Notes under the pieces: generated by a model
What the model saw: only the letters and a program-made list of their open reading frames with translations
Database searches by the model: none
What the model was told of the DNA's origin: nothing
Virus record (IMG/VR): IMGVR_UViG_3300032293_001730
Span: 29,894 to 93,893 of that record
Length of the DNA: 64,000 nt
From: a virus
Direction: 5' to 3' (one strand)
Program-made: the position numbers and the translations under genes
Part shown: in pieces, positions 19,206-27,883 of the stretch
Layout: each line of letters opens with the position of its first letter
Position numbering within the stretch: the first letter of the stretch is position 1

Positions 19206-19919
19206 GTGAGCACTTTCATCCGACAAGCGTTCGAGACCTACAAGCGACTCTTCGAGGCCCGTCAGGCCGCCGTCGCCGCCGGCCATTACATCCTCCAGGG
19301 ACCGTCCCTTGTCGGCTACCTGGGCGACGGCGTCACTGAGGCTGTGCCGACGTGCAGAGACCTCCAGAAACGGTACTTCGAGGCCCAGGCCTCGCTTCTC
19401 GAAGGCCTCGATGCCGTGATCAAGTCGAAGACCGGATTCGCCGGCTCATTCGCTGCCCTGGTCGACGCCCAGCGGCTGCACGGGTACGTTCCGACGATCC
19501 GCCCCGATGGCGACGACGAACTTGCCGTTCTGGCCGATGCCTACGACTTCGCCGTCGAGAGACAGGCCCTGCCGAGCGAGTGCTACCGGGGCGTCCAGGC
19601 CCAGGCTGCCAAGCCCCGCACGGTCCACCTCCTCGACGACCTGGGGGTCTACAAGGCGACCCTGAAGCGGAACTTCGCCGACAACGACCGGGGCGCCGAG
19701 TTCGACCGCGACCGGGAACTGCTCGCCCGCAGGACGCAGCGGTACACGCTCGAAGAGGCCGAGGTGCTGCTCGGGTGGTGCTCCACGTCGCACGACGACT
19801 GCGTCGACGAGAACCCAGAGGACTACAGCCCGATCGAGGTCTACACCGCCCGGCAGAAGCTCCTCCGGCGGGACGACGCCGTGGCTCGCCTGGAGGCCTT
19901 GAAGGCGGCCGTGCCATAG
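19206..19919 (+). CDS. Hypothetical protein
   Basis: AACCAGGAGA leader; ends GTGCCATAG. Confidence 0.7.
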   Translation: MSTFIRQAFETYKRLFEARQAAVAAGHYILQGPSLVGYLGDGVTEAVPTCRDLQKRYFEAQASLLEGLDAVIKSKTGFAGSFAALVDAQRLHGYVPTIRPDGDDELAVLADAYDFAVERQALPSECYRGVQAQAAKPRTVHLLDDLGVYKATLKRNFADNDRGAEFDRDRELLARRTQRYTLEEAEVLLGWCSTSHDDCVDENPEDYSPIEVYTARQKLLRRDDAVARLEALKAAVP

Positions 19920-19923
19920 CCCC

Positions 19924-19952
19924 TTGCAATGCACCGAGGCCGGTGCTATACT
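19924..19952 (+). promoter_or_regulatory. Array promoter/operator, type A (identical to the 19135 copy)
   Basis: TTGCAA TG CACCG AGGC CGGTG C TATACT. Confidence 0.9.
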
Positions 19953-19989
19953 GCCCCCAGTCGATCACCACCAGCCAGGAGCCAAACCG

Positions 19990-20871
19990 ATGAGCAGCTA
20001 CCCCCGAGCCAAGATCGCCAGCCCCGCCAAGATCGTCGTCGACCCCTGCTTCCGCTGCGGCGGCGGTGGCGTCGTCCCGCCCTGGGGCGAGTGTTTCCGC
20101 TGCGGTGGCAACGGCAAGGACCCGACTTACCGTAGCTGGGCCTATCCGTCCGACTGGACCGACGACCAGTGCAAGGCCCACGAGGCCGCTCGCGACGCCA
20201 GGAACGAGGCGGCCCGGGGCCGGGCCCACGCCAAGAAGCAGGCCGAGGCCACCCGCGTCTGGGAGGCCAACGTGGCGGCCCACCCGATCCTGGTCGAGGC
20301 CAAGGCGGCCCTCCAGGCGTACTCGGACGGCGAGCCCGAGCCCGTCCTCGAAGGCCTGTACGGCGAGGAGACGCACGACTCGATCCGGGCCCGCAACGAG
20401 TACGCCCGGCTCAACTCCCTGCCGCCGTTCGTGTACGACATCGTCTCGAAGGCCAGCCGGTTCCAGGTCAGCGAGAAGCAGGCGGCGGCCGTCGAGAAGG
20501 CCCTCGCCGACCGGGACTCGCGGCACGTCCGGGACGAGGCCCGCAAGGCGTCGTTCAAGGACATCCCCGCCGGCCGGGGCGAGGTCGAGGGCGTGATCGT
20601 GAGCGTCAAGAACACCTCGACTCAGGTGGGCTACCGCACGGTCTCGCAGACCAAGGTGCTCGTCCAGTGCGACGGCTACCGCCTGTACGGCACCGTGCCG
20701 TCGGCTGTCACCGCCATCGCCTACCGCGACGGCTACCCCGCCGATGCAGCCTCCAAGCTCCAGGGCCTCCGCATTCGCTTCACCGCTACGGTCCAGCCGA
20801 AGGAGGCCGGCTTCGGCTTCTTCAGCCGCCCGACCGGCGGCGAGGTGCTCGACGCGGCGGCCACCGCCTGA
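19990..20871 (+). CDS. Hypothetical protein with DnaJ-like Zn finger and beta-rich (OB-like) C-terminus
   Basis: CFRCGGGG..CFRCGGNG; ends TGA followed by ATTGTCCGGATAC. Confidence 0.65.
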   Translation: MSSYPRAKIASPAKIVVDPCFRCGGGGVVPPWGECFRCGGNGKDPTYRSWAYPSDWTDDQCKAHEAARDARNEAARGRAHAKKQAEATRVWEANVAAHPILVEAKAALQAYSDGEPEPVLEGLYGEETHDSIRARNEYARLNSLPPFVYDIVSKASRFQVSEKQAAAVEKALADRDSRHVRDEARKASFKDIPAGRGEVEGVIVSVKNTSTQVGYRTVSQTKVLVQCDGYRLYGTVPSAVTAIAYRDGYPADAASKLQGLRIRFTATVQPKEAGFGFFSRPTGGEVLDAAATA

Positions 20872-20907
20872 ATTGTCCGGATACACCAACCCCCAGGAGA
20901 CTTGCCC

Positions 20908-21393
20908 GTGAACGCCTCCCCAGTCACCACGTTCGCCAAGCTGGCCGAGTCCGCCGGCTGGCGGTTCGAGACAGCCTGGACCGACCGTGAGCCCAACCCT
21001 GAGGCCCTGGAGATCGCCGGCGCCCGCTACGCCACGCTCGTGTCTGCCGACGGGCTCGTGAAGGTGGGGCTCGTCGGCACGCGGCTCTACTACCACGGCG
21101 GGCGGGTCTGGTGGGGCGACCCCTGCTTCGACATCGAGCCCGACCGCGTCACGGTCGCCGGGATCGTCGTCGACCCGGGCCACCGTCGCCAGAGGCTCGG
21201 GACGGCGGCCGTGCGGTCGCTCGTGGACGTGGCCGACCAGGGCGGCTTCCGGCTGCTCCTGGAGGCCCAGCCGATCGGAACGGGCATCAGCCGGCGGAAG
21301 CTGGTGCAGTGGTACAAGGGCCTGGGGTTCGAGCCCGCCTACCCCGGTGAGGGCGAGACGATCTTGTGTCATAGGCCGAAAGCGGCCTGTTGA
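20908..21393 (+). CDS. GNAT-family acetyltransferase
   Basis: [14 protein letters not shown] (motif A); LVQWYKGLGF (motif B). Confidence 0.8.
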   Translation: MNASPVTTFAKLAESAGWRFETAWTDREPNPEALEIAGARYATLVSADGLVKVGLVGTRLYYHGGRVWWGDPCFDIEPDRVTVAGIVVDPGHRRQRLGTAAVRSLVDVADQGGFRLLLEAQPIGTGISRRKLVQWYKGLGFEPAYPGEGETILCHRPKAAC

Positions 21394-21418
21394 CAATGCA
21401 CCGACCCCGGTGTATACT
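21390..21418 (+). promoter_or_regulatory. Array promoter/operator, type B
   Basis: TTGACA ATG CACCG ACCC CGGTG TATACT. Confidence 0.9.
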
Positions 21419-21460
21419 TGGGGGACGACGGACGAAACACCACCTATCAGGAGACGAACC

Positions 21461-21886
21461 GTGAGCGACAATGCCACCTATTTCATCAAGCTGAAGAGCC
21501 TGTCGAATCAGGCGTGCGAGACGCAGACGATCACCAAGGCCAACGAGAGCACGCCCGTGTTCGTCGCTCGGGTTCAGGCCGTCGCCAGGGGCTGGGGGCG
21601 GGGCAACGGCAGCACCGCCGTTCAGGTCTCCGTCGAGACCTACGGCGGTGAATGCGTCGTCTCGGCTCACGCCTTCGCCATCCCCGCGACGCCGGTCGAG
21701 GTCGACGAGGACGAGCAGCCCGTCACGATCACCATCACGAAGGCTCAGGCCGCGATCGTCCTGGCGGGCCTCTCAAGGCGGTACATCGAGCTTGAGTGCC
21801 TCGGAGGCTGGGAGGCGAATGTCCTCGGCCAGGAGACAAAGGCCACCTACCAGTCGATCGACAAGCAGGTCTACGGCGACGCTTGA
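21461..21886 (+). CDS. Hypothetical protein
   Basis: CAGGAGA leader; ends TGA TTGTCCGGATAC. Confidence 0.65.
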   Translation: MSDNATYFIKLKSLSNQACETQTITKANESTPVFVARVQAVARGWGRGNGSTAVQVSVETYGGECVVSAHAFAIPATPVEVDEDEQPVTITITKAQAAIVLAGLSRRYIELECLGGWEANVLGQETKATYQSIDKQVYGDA

Positions 21887-21932
21887 TTGTCCGGATACGC
21901 AGAACCATCACCCTCAACCAGGAGACTTACCA

Positions 21933-22463
21933 GTGAACATCGACAAGCCGATCCGAATCGAAGCGGGCAAGTACGAGTATCGCGGCTTCACGATCGAGCG
22001 GGCCACGAACATTCGCGGCTGCCCCTGGATCGTGAAGGGGCGTGGGCTTGGGTGGCAGCCCTGCTTCAAGACAATCCTCCGTGCATGGCAAGAAATCCGC
22101 TACTGGGAGCACACGTTCGCCAATGGCGGGAGGCTCTCGCCGGCCACGCTCAAGGCCTTCGCCCCCGCGAAGACCATCAAGCTGCCCCCTGCGTTCTACC
22201 AGGACCACTCGGAGCGAGACTTGCCCACACCCGAAGACATCGGCAATGCCAAGAGTTACGTCCTGGTCCGGGCCGACGACCCCGCCCTGCCTGAGCTTCT
22301 CAACGACGCCGAGTTCTGCGCCGATCCCTGGGGGCCTGACGCCGAGTGGCTCGGCGGGCTCAAGGCCTCAGCCAGGGCGACGATCAGGGCCATCCGGGAC
22401 GTCACCGGCTGGGACGACGCAAGTGATACGGTCAAGCGGCTGCGGAAGCCGCAAAAGGCCTGA
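21933..22463 (+). CDS. Hypothetical protein
   Basis: AACCAGGAGA leader, GTG start. Confidence 0.65.
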   Translation: MNIDKPIRIEAGKYEYRGFTIERATNIRGCPWIVKGRGLGWQPCFKTILRAWQEIRYWEHTFANGGRLSPATLKAFAPAKTIKLPPAFYQDHSERDLPTPEDIGNAKSYVLVRADDPALPELLNDAEFCADPWGPDAEWLGGLKASARATIRAIRDVTGWDDASDTVKRLRKPQKA

Positions 22464-22474
22464 TTTCAGGCCCC

Positions 22475-22503
22475 TTGACAATGCACCGACTGCGGTGTAT
22501 ACT
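22475..22503 (+). promoter_or_regulatory. Array promoter/operator, type B
   Basis: TTGACA ATG CACCG ACTG CGGTG TATACT. Confidence 0.9.
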
Positions 22504-22520
22504 TGGGGCACACGGGAGAC

Positions 22521-22736
22521 ATGACCATGAGCAAGCAGTCGATCAAGTGGCACGACATCCGGTGGCTCCAGGGGCCGACGCACTACTACGCGAACATCGG
22601 CGGCACCCTTCACCAGATCAACCGCTCGACGGTCTCGGCCTGGGGGTTCCGGGCATCGGGATACGACCTCGTGGTCGCCGGCCGGACGGTGGGCAGCTTC
22701 CGCCGGCTCGCCGACGCGAAGGAGGCCTGCCGATGA
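22521..22736 (+). CDS. Small hypothetical protein
   Basis: RBS GGGAGA; F.RLADAK motif. Confidence 0.55.
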   Translation: MTMSKQSIKWHDIRWLQGPTHYYANIGGTLHQINRSTVSAWGFRASGYDLVVAGRTVGSFRRLADAKEACR

Positions 22737-22942
22737 CCACCGCAGCCATCAAGCGAGCCCTGGTAGCCATGACGAGCGGCGAGTGCCGCTGGATCGGCCG
22801 CGAGGACGTCCACGTCTACTGCCGCAGCCCGCTCAACCACGGGAGGACCTACCGCGTCGTCACGGCCGACCGGGACTACGAGGGGCAGCCGTGGATCGAG
22901 GCGGAGGCCGCCCTGGCCGTGATCAAGCAGCTTGTGTCATAG
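22733..22942 (+). CDS. Small hypothetical protein; stop supplied by box A
   Basis: Ends CTTGTGTCATAG (LVS*). Confidence 0.55.
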   Translation: MTTAAIKRALVAMTSGECRWIGREDVHVYCRSPLNHGRTYRVVTADRDYEGQPWIEAEAALAVIKQLVS

Positions 22943-22945
22943 GCC

Positions 22946-22974
22946 TTGCATAGCACCGACGTCGGTGCTATACT
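22946..22974 (+). promoter_or_regulatory. Array promoter/operator, type A
   Basis: TTGCAT AG CACCG ACGT CGGTG C TATACT. Confidence 0.88.
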
Positions 22975-23016
22975 GGGACAGTCGAGAACGAAACACCACT
23001 AACCAGGAGACGAGCC

Positions 23017-23355
23017 GTGAAAGACCCCCTCAAGAACATCATCAAGTCCGCCGGCTTCGAGGACGTGACCTGCGACGTCCCTGTGTCCTGCTACTCCCTG
23101 CCCCTGACGTTCCGGGCATTCCACGCCCTGCACGCCCTGGACCACGGGCTCATCGGCACGCCCGACTACCTGGGCATCGCCTACTTCTGGGCGCACGACT
23201 ACAAGTTCTATCTCCGCGAGGCGACGCAAAAGCAGCGGAAGATCGTCCACGATCTGTTCCTCAAGGCGGGGCTCGCCCTCGACGGGGTCAGTCCAGAGCA
23301 CGCCGCGATCGTCGAGAAGCACCTCGGCAAGCGGCTCAAGAAGGTCTACGGCTGA
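23017..23355 (+). CDS. Hypothetical protein
   Basis: AACCAGGAGA leader. Confidence 0.65.
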   Translation: MKDPLKNIIKSAGFEDVTCDVPVSCYSLPLTFRAFHALHALDHGLIGTPDYLGIAYFWAHDYKFYLREATQKQRKIVHDLFLKAGLALDGVSPEHAAIVEKHLGKRLKKVYG

Positions 23356-23385
23356 TACCATCCACCCCTAACCAGGAGACCACCC

Positions 23386-23652
23386 GTGAACAACAAGCTG
23401 CTACAAGACGAGCTTCGCACCTGCATCCGCCTTCTCCGCTGCTACGCGCGAGCCGAGCGAGATCGCGGAGACGCCCATCAGGCTGCCGGCATCGGCAGGC
23501 ATATCGACCGGATATGCGCCGTGTCGCTTCACGCCGGGGGGGTGAAGGAGATCGAGCCGGGCGTGTTCTCGACTGGTGGGCTCTTTGCCCGCCGCTACCT
23601 CGACCTGACGGACGGCACGAAGCAGCACTTGCGGGAACTGCTCGCGTCATAG
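23386..23652 (+). CDS. Hypothetical protein; stop supplied by a box A variant
   Basis: AACCAGGAGA leader; ends GCGTCATAG GCC. Confidence 0.6.
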   Translation: MNNKLLQDELRTCIRLLRCYARAERDRGDAHQAAGIGRHIDRICAVSLHAGGVKEIEPGVFSTGGLFARRYLDLTDGTKQHLRELLAS

Positions 23653-23705
23653 GCCGCGCCCGAAAACGTCAAGCGATCCACCACCACCAACCAGGAGACT
23701 TGCCC

Positions 23706-24029
23706 ATGAACACCCAAAAGACCATCACATTCGGCAAACGGCACAGCGTCGCGGTGACGTTCTACAAGGGATCGGACGGCCTCTGGCACGCCCACGGTGG
23801 GCTCCTGGTCGTCCCAAGAAAGAGCCTCAAGGCAGCCCGCGCGGCGGTCGCCAGTCGCCTCCAGAGCCTCAGCCGCCTCGGCCCGGGCTCGAAGGTGAAG
23901 CTCTGGGGCTCGACCTGGAGGGTCGTCGAGTGGCAGCCCGAGAACGGCAAGGGCGGGGCCTACTGGCTCCGGAACTCTAAGGGCGAGGACGCCGTGGCCG
24001 GGCCCGACGAAGTGGAGCGTGTGTCATAG
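23706..24029 (+). CDS. Hypothetical protein; stop supplied by box A
   Basis: AACCAGGAGA leader; ends GTGTCATAG (RVS*). Confidence 0.6.
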   Translation: MNTQKTITFGKRHSVAVTFYKGSDGLWHAHGGLLVVPRKSLKAARAAVASRLQSLSRLGPGSKVKLWGSTWRVVEWQPENGKGGAYWLRNSKGEDAVAGPDEVERVS

Positions 24030-24032
24030 GCC

Positions 24033-24061
24033 TTGCCAATGCACCGATCCCGGTGTATACT
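24033..24061 (+). promoter_or_regulatory. Array promoter/operator, type B
   Basis: TTGCCA ATG CACCG ATCC CGGTG TATACT. Confidence 0.88.
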
Positions 24062-24104
24062 GCACCCAGACGACGACGAAACACAACTAACCAGGAGACA
24101 TCGA

Positions 24105-24419
24105 ATGATCATCTACAGCGTCGACAAGCCGGGCACCCCGAAGGTTTCCAAGGGAGACCTGGAGTACACGAGTCAAAAGCACGTCGCGTTCCAGGGCCTC
24201 TGCCGCGTCGAGGCGGCCGCCGACGAGTTCTTCGGCGGCAGTCGCTCGAAGCCCTACGTCGGCCGCGTCCTGGAAAGCCCCACCTGGGGGAAGCTCCTGG
24301 CCGAGGCCAGGAAGGTCCAGCGGGCCACCCGGGACGAGCACCACGTCTTCCTGGAGGGCGCCCGCGTCCGGTACGTCGACGGCGGCGTCCAGGTGATCGA
24401 GCTTTTCTTTGGTTCCTGA
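24105..24419 (+). CDS. Hypothetical protein
   Basis: AACCAGGAGA leader; PTWGKL..EA...DEHHVFLEG. Confidence 0.65.
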   Translation: MIIYSVDKPGTPKVSKGDLEYTSQKHVAFQGLCRVEAAADEFFGGSRSKPYVGRVLESPTWGKLLAEARKVQRATRDEHHVFLEGARVRYVDGGVQVIELFFGS

Positions 24420-24423
24420 GGCC

Positions 24424-24452
24424 TTGCAATGCACCGGCATCGGTGCTATACT
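24424..24452 (+). promoter_or_regulatory. Array promoter/operator, type A
   Basis: TTGCAA TG CACCG GCAT CGGTG C TATACT. Confidence 0.9.
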
Positions 24453-24494
24453 TGGGACACGACGAACGAAACACCATTCACGAGGAGACGACCA

Positions 24495-25112
24495 GTGAGC
24501 ACCACCAACTACATCCCGAAGCCCGAGTCCGTCGAGCTTCACCTCGGCAGCGACCCCCATTTCACGAAGAAGTACGGCAAGGCCGTCAAGGCCCTGGGCG
24601 GACGGTACAGTGAATGCCGTGGCGACGCCCACCGTCGGTTCGTCACGCTGCCCTGGAACGATGAAGGCCGGTCGCTGGCAAACAAGCTGGTCGCCGAGTT
24701 CGGCACCGGCAGCCTCCTGTGCGGCAAGACGACGCTGATCGTGCGGGGCAGTGAGACGTTCCGGGGGAAGCACGTTCACGCCTGGGTTGTCGTCCACAAG
24801 GTCGCTCGCGGCTCCGTCGACCCGTGCGGGGTGCTGCTCGGCCTGTACGAGGCCGCTTTCCTCCTGGCCTTCCCTGAGGCCGCGTTCCCCGAGCCGCCCG
24901 TCGTCAAGGCCCCGAAGCCGCTCGCCGCCGACCTGTACCTCAACACGCCGGTGAAGTTCCACGCCGTCCTCGAAGCCCTGCAACAGTACATCGACAACGG
25001 CAACGACGCAGACCACCTCGCCGACGACGAGGAACTTCAGGCCAAGCTGGAGGCCGCAGAGGCTTTCCGCGACCAGCTTGACGGAGTCCTGGCGTCCCTC
25101 GCCAATGCCTGA
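24495..25112 (+). CDS. Hypothetical protein
   Basis: GAGGAGA leader; ends TGA TTGTCCGGATAC. Confidence 0.65.
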   Translation: MSTTNYIPKPESVELHLGSDPHFTKKYGKAVKALGGRYSECRGDAHRRFVTLPWNDEGRSLANKLVAEFGTGSLLCGKTTLIVRGSETFRGKHVHAWVVVHKVARGSVDPCGVLLGLYEAAFLLAFPEAAFPEPPVVKAPKPLAADLYLNTPVKFHAVLEALQQYIDNGNDADHLADDEELQAKLEAAEAFRDQLDGVLASLANA

Positions 25113-25158
25113 TTGTCCGGATACGCTTACCCCCCACCACCCAGCCGGGAGACGAACC

Positions 25159-25434
25159 GTGAGAGAGAACATCCTCAAGCTCACCGACAAGGAAATCGAG
25201 TTCATCAAGAACAGCCTCCGCCGCTCCTCGCAGCGAGGCGAAGACGAGGAGCGTGTCGCCGAGCAGGCCGGCAACGCCGAAGCTGCGGCCTTCTATCGCC
25301 AACTGGCTAAAGACGCGACGAGCCTGCTTCTCGTCATCGAGGTGCAGGTCGCCAAGCCTGACGAAGACAGCGACGAGTGCCCGGAGTGCGGCGAGGACTA
25401 CGGATACTGCCAGTGCGAAGACGAGGAGAACTGA
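25159..25434 (+). CDS. Hypothetical protein with C-terminal Zn-knuckle
   Basis: CPECGEDYGYCQC. Confidence 0.6.
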   Translation: MRENILKLTDKEIEFIKNSLRRSSQRGEDEERVAEQAGNAEAAAFYRQLAKDATSLLLVIEVQVAKPDEDSDECPECGEDYGYCQCEDEEN

Positions 25435-25534
25435 CCTTCCACCTAACCCAGCAAGCCCGCGACATCCTGAAGTACGCCCAGGCATCCACCCACGTCCAGA
25501 GACAATCGAAACTCGAAGCGAAGGAGGCGGTTAA

Positions 25535-25867
25535 GTGAACAAGCTCAAATTCGTTAAGCCGCTCAAGAGCGACCAAAGACACTACGTCCACGGCGAGAGA
25601 ATCGAGCGGTGGGGCTGGTATCGAGACAGCGAGTACCGTCAGGTCTTCGCGTATGTCATCACAGAAAGCTGCAAGGCCTATCGCTGGCCGGGCGGCAAAC
25701 TGGTGGCAGAGCATCGCGAGAAGCCGATGGCCGTGGATCACTACGCATACTCTCGGCAAGCGAGGTGGCCGACGGCCCCGTGGCTCCAGCGTTCGTACAC
25801 GAAACTTGCGTCGCTGTGCCGCAAGGATTTTGAGACTCGATCGAAAACCCAGGAGACCGTCCAGTGA
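25535..25867 (+). CDS. Hypothetical protein
   Basis: RBS AAGGAGG. Confidence 0.55.
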   Translation: MNKLKFVKPLKSDQRHYVHGERIERWGWYRDSEYRQVFAYVITESCKAYRWPGGKLVAEHREKPMAVDHYAYSRQARWPTAPWLQRSYTKLASLCRKDFETRSKTQETVQ

Positions 25868-26091
25868 GCATCCCCCTGAACCTCACCGCAAGCCAGCAGT
25901 CGCTCCTCGCGGAGCTTTGCTGCGTCATCGCGGACCTCGCCCGCACCAACGACGACTGGACGGCCGTGCCGCCCGTCGAGGCTGTGCGGACCTGCAACAA
26001 GCTGCTCGAAGTCGTCGAGACGTTCGACGCGAGCAGCCAGACCTTCGGCGTCCTCTACGACAAACTCCACCGCACGGGAGCCAATGCATGA
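25864..26091 (+). CDS. Hypothetical protein
   Basis: CCAGGAGA leader; coupled. Confidence 0.5.
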   Translation: MSIPLNLTASQQSLLAELCCVIADLARTNDDWTAVPPVEAVRTCNKLLEVVETFDASSQTFGVLYDKLHRTGANA

Positions 26092-26339
26092 CCACCTACA
26101 CCACCACCCGCTCCCGTTTCTCAGACCCCAGTCAGATCACGCCCGGCAGCATCGTGAGACTCGGCGGGGGGCTGTGCAAAGTGATCACGCCTCGCATCCT
26201 GGAGTGCTGCCACACGGGGCGATGGTTCGTCGACGCGCGAGCGTTTCGAGGAGGCGAGCACGCCGAGCCGGTGAGGGTCGAGTACGTCGGCTCTCAGTCA
26301 GACCCGGCCGTCAAGGCCATGATCGAGGAGAGCAAGTGA
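26088..26339 (+). CDS. Hypothetical protein
   Basis: Coupled ORF. Confidence 0.5.
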   Translation: MTTYTTTRSRFSDPSQITPGSIVRLGGGLCKVITPRILECCHTGRWFVDARAFRGGEHAEPVRVEYVGSQSDPAVKAMIEESK

Positions 26340-26509
26340 GCCGAATCATTCTCACCGCCGAAGCAGCGAAGATTCTCGGAGTCTCGACGTCGACCGTCCG
26401 CAGACTCGCGAAGAGAGGCGACATCAAGTCTTGGAGACTTGGAGTCGGGTCCTATGGGTTCAAACTCGAAGACGTCCTGGCACGCAAGGAGAAGACATGC
26501 AAAGACTGA
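26336..26509 (+). CDS. Excisionase/MerR-like HTH protein
   Basis: ILTAEAAKILGVSTSTVRRLAKRGDIKSWRLG. Confidence 0.8.
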   Translation: MSRIILTAEAAKILGVSTSTVRRLAKRGDIKSWRLGVGSYGFKLEDVLARKEKTCKD

Positions 26510-26619
26510 TCAACGCCCTCGTGCTCGTGCGGCTCGGGCAGGAACTCGGCGCCGACACGCCCCTCGCCCGAGCCATCGCCCAACTCGTCGAAGAGGCCCT
26601 AAAACTGGGCGTGTCATAG
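26497..26619 (+). CDS. Small peptide; stop supplied by box A
   Basis: RBS AAGGAG; LVLVRLGQELG; ends GGCGTGTCATAG (GVS*). Confidence 0.55.
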   Translation: MQRLINALVLVRLGQELGADTPLARAIAQLVEEALKLGVS

Positions 26620-26624
26620 CCCCC

Positions 26625-26652
26625 TTGCAATTCACCGACGTCGGTGTATAAT
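26625..26652 (+). promoter_or_regulatory. Array promoter/operator, A/B hybrid (16-bp spacer)
   Basis: TTGCAA TT CACCG ACGT CGGTG TATAAT. Confidence 0.85.
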
Positions 26653-26693
26653 GGGGGAGTAGAGCAACGATACCACCAACCAGGAGCAAACCC

Positions 26694-27074
26694 ATGTCCG
26701 CTTTCGTGTGCAGCAAAAACCATATCGCAGCCGTCGCCGCTTTCGGCTCGTCGAAGCACGCGTTCCTCGGTGGCGGCTACGCCAGCTTCGACAGCATCTA
26801 CAAGACGCTTGCCGATGCCAACGTCCGCAGCGTGTGCCACCGCTACGGCGAGTCCGCCGATGAGTACGACAGCCTCCTGCCCCCGCCCGACAGCCGCCGG
26901 GCGCCGAAGTGCTCCGCCATCGAGATCGTCAAGTTGTGCGACTGCCTCGACTACCAGTCCAGCGAGACCGACGACTGGCGTGAGTCGGAAGCCTGCAAGC
27001 TGCTCGGCCGCATTCGCAACGCGGCGATCAACGCACTGCCCGGCTACGACGAGGCAAAGTGGGCTATCGGCTGA
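26694..27074 (+). CDS. Conserved-looking phage hypothetical protein
   Basis: MSAFVCS..HI, NVRSV.HRY, CLDYQSSE..DW; ends TGA TTGTCTGGACAC. Confidence 0.7.
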   Translation: MSAFVCSKNHIAAVAAFGSSKHAFLGGGYASFDSIYKTLADANVRSVCHRYGESADEYDSLLPPPDSRRAPKCSAIEIVKLCDCLDYQSSETDDWRESEACKLLGRIRNAAINALPGYDEAKWAIG

Positions 27075-27119
27075 TTGTCTGGACACACACACCACCCTCA
27101 ACCATCAGGAGACCTACCC

Positions 27120-27509
27120 GTGAAGTTCACAGCCCAATTCGACAAGTACGTCTGCCCAGGCGACACGATCCGCCGCAACGTGACCGACACCGTGTCGCTC
27201 GTGGCCCGGCTGGAGTTCGACCAGGACACACGCCCTGAGGACTCCGACTGCTACGACGAGAAGGACATCGCCCGCTGGAAGGCGGACGAGTGGTTCTACG
27301 GCGGCGTGGTGCTCTCGATCGAGGTCAACGGCGAGAAGGTCCGCGATCACGTCGCCAGCCTCTGGGGCATCGACTGCAACTTCGGCCAGGACAATAGCTA
27401 CCTCGCCGAGGTCGCCAACGACCTGCTCGCAGAGTCGAAGGACGAGATTCGAGACTTCCTGGAGACGCTCGCGGCTCAGGCCTCGAACGCCGCCGTGCTC
27501 GTGGCTTGA
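27120..27509 (+). CDS. Hypothetical protein
   Basis: W...EWFYGGV...SLWGID; CAGGAGA leader. Confidence 0.65.
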   Translation: MKFTAQFDKYVCPGDTIRRNVTDTVSLVARLEFDQDTRPEDSDCYDEKDIARWKADEWFYGGVVLSIEVNGEKVRDHVASLWGIDCNFGQDNSYLAEVANDLLAESKDEIRDFLETLAAQASNAAVLVA

Positions 27510-27565
27510 CGACAAAGTACGGATTCGATTACCCTCCCCCACCCCCGACGAAAGGAACCCAGCCG

Positions 27566-27883
27566 ATGGCCCACGAAACACTTGAATTCGCCGAGTTCGC
27601 CCGCCGCTACTGCGAGCGACACGTCAACACGCCCGATGGGCTCGCAGAGATATTCCAGCAACAGGTCGAGCTTTTCCAGCCCGACGGCTGGCTGCTCCTG
27701 GAATGCCAGGACTTCTCGTCGAGCCGCCTCGGGCACTACGTCATCCTGCCCTACGGCGGACAGGCGACGCTCAAGACGATCCCAGACCGGCCGGTGAGCC
27801 CCCGGGGACTCGCGAGCGACATGAGCGTCGTCGTCGCGGTACTGCCGGCGGACAAGCTGCCTTCGCAAGGAGGTGACAAGTGA
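27566..27883 (+). CDS. Hypothetical protein
   Basis: RBS AAGGA. Confidence 0.55.
   Translation: MAHETLEFAEFARRYCERHVNTPDGLAEIFQQQVELFQPDGWLLLECQDFSSSRLGHYVILPYGGQATLKTIPDRPVSPRGLASDMSVVVAVLPADKLPSQGGDK

Noticed and set aside
19420-21477. 685-aa minus-strand ORF and similar long antisense ORFs (e.g. 24087-25274, 32428-33636)
   Set aside because: They are shadows of GC-rich + strand codon usage. They cross promoters and junctions and lack an RBS or any motif.
14424-26652. CRISPR array interpretation of the ~29-bp palindromic repeats
   Set aside because: The intervals are 0.4-2.4 kb and hold whole genes. The repeats are -35/-10 promoters and no cas genes are seen.
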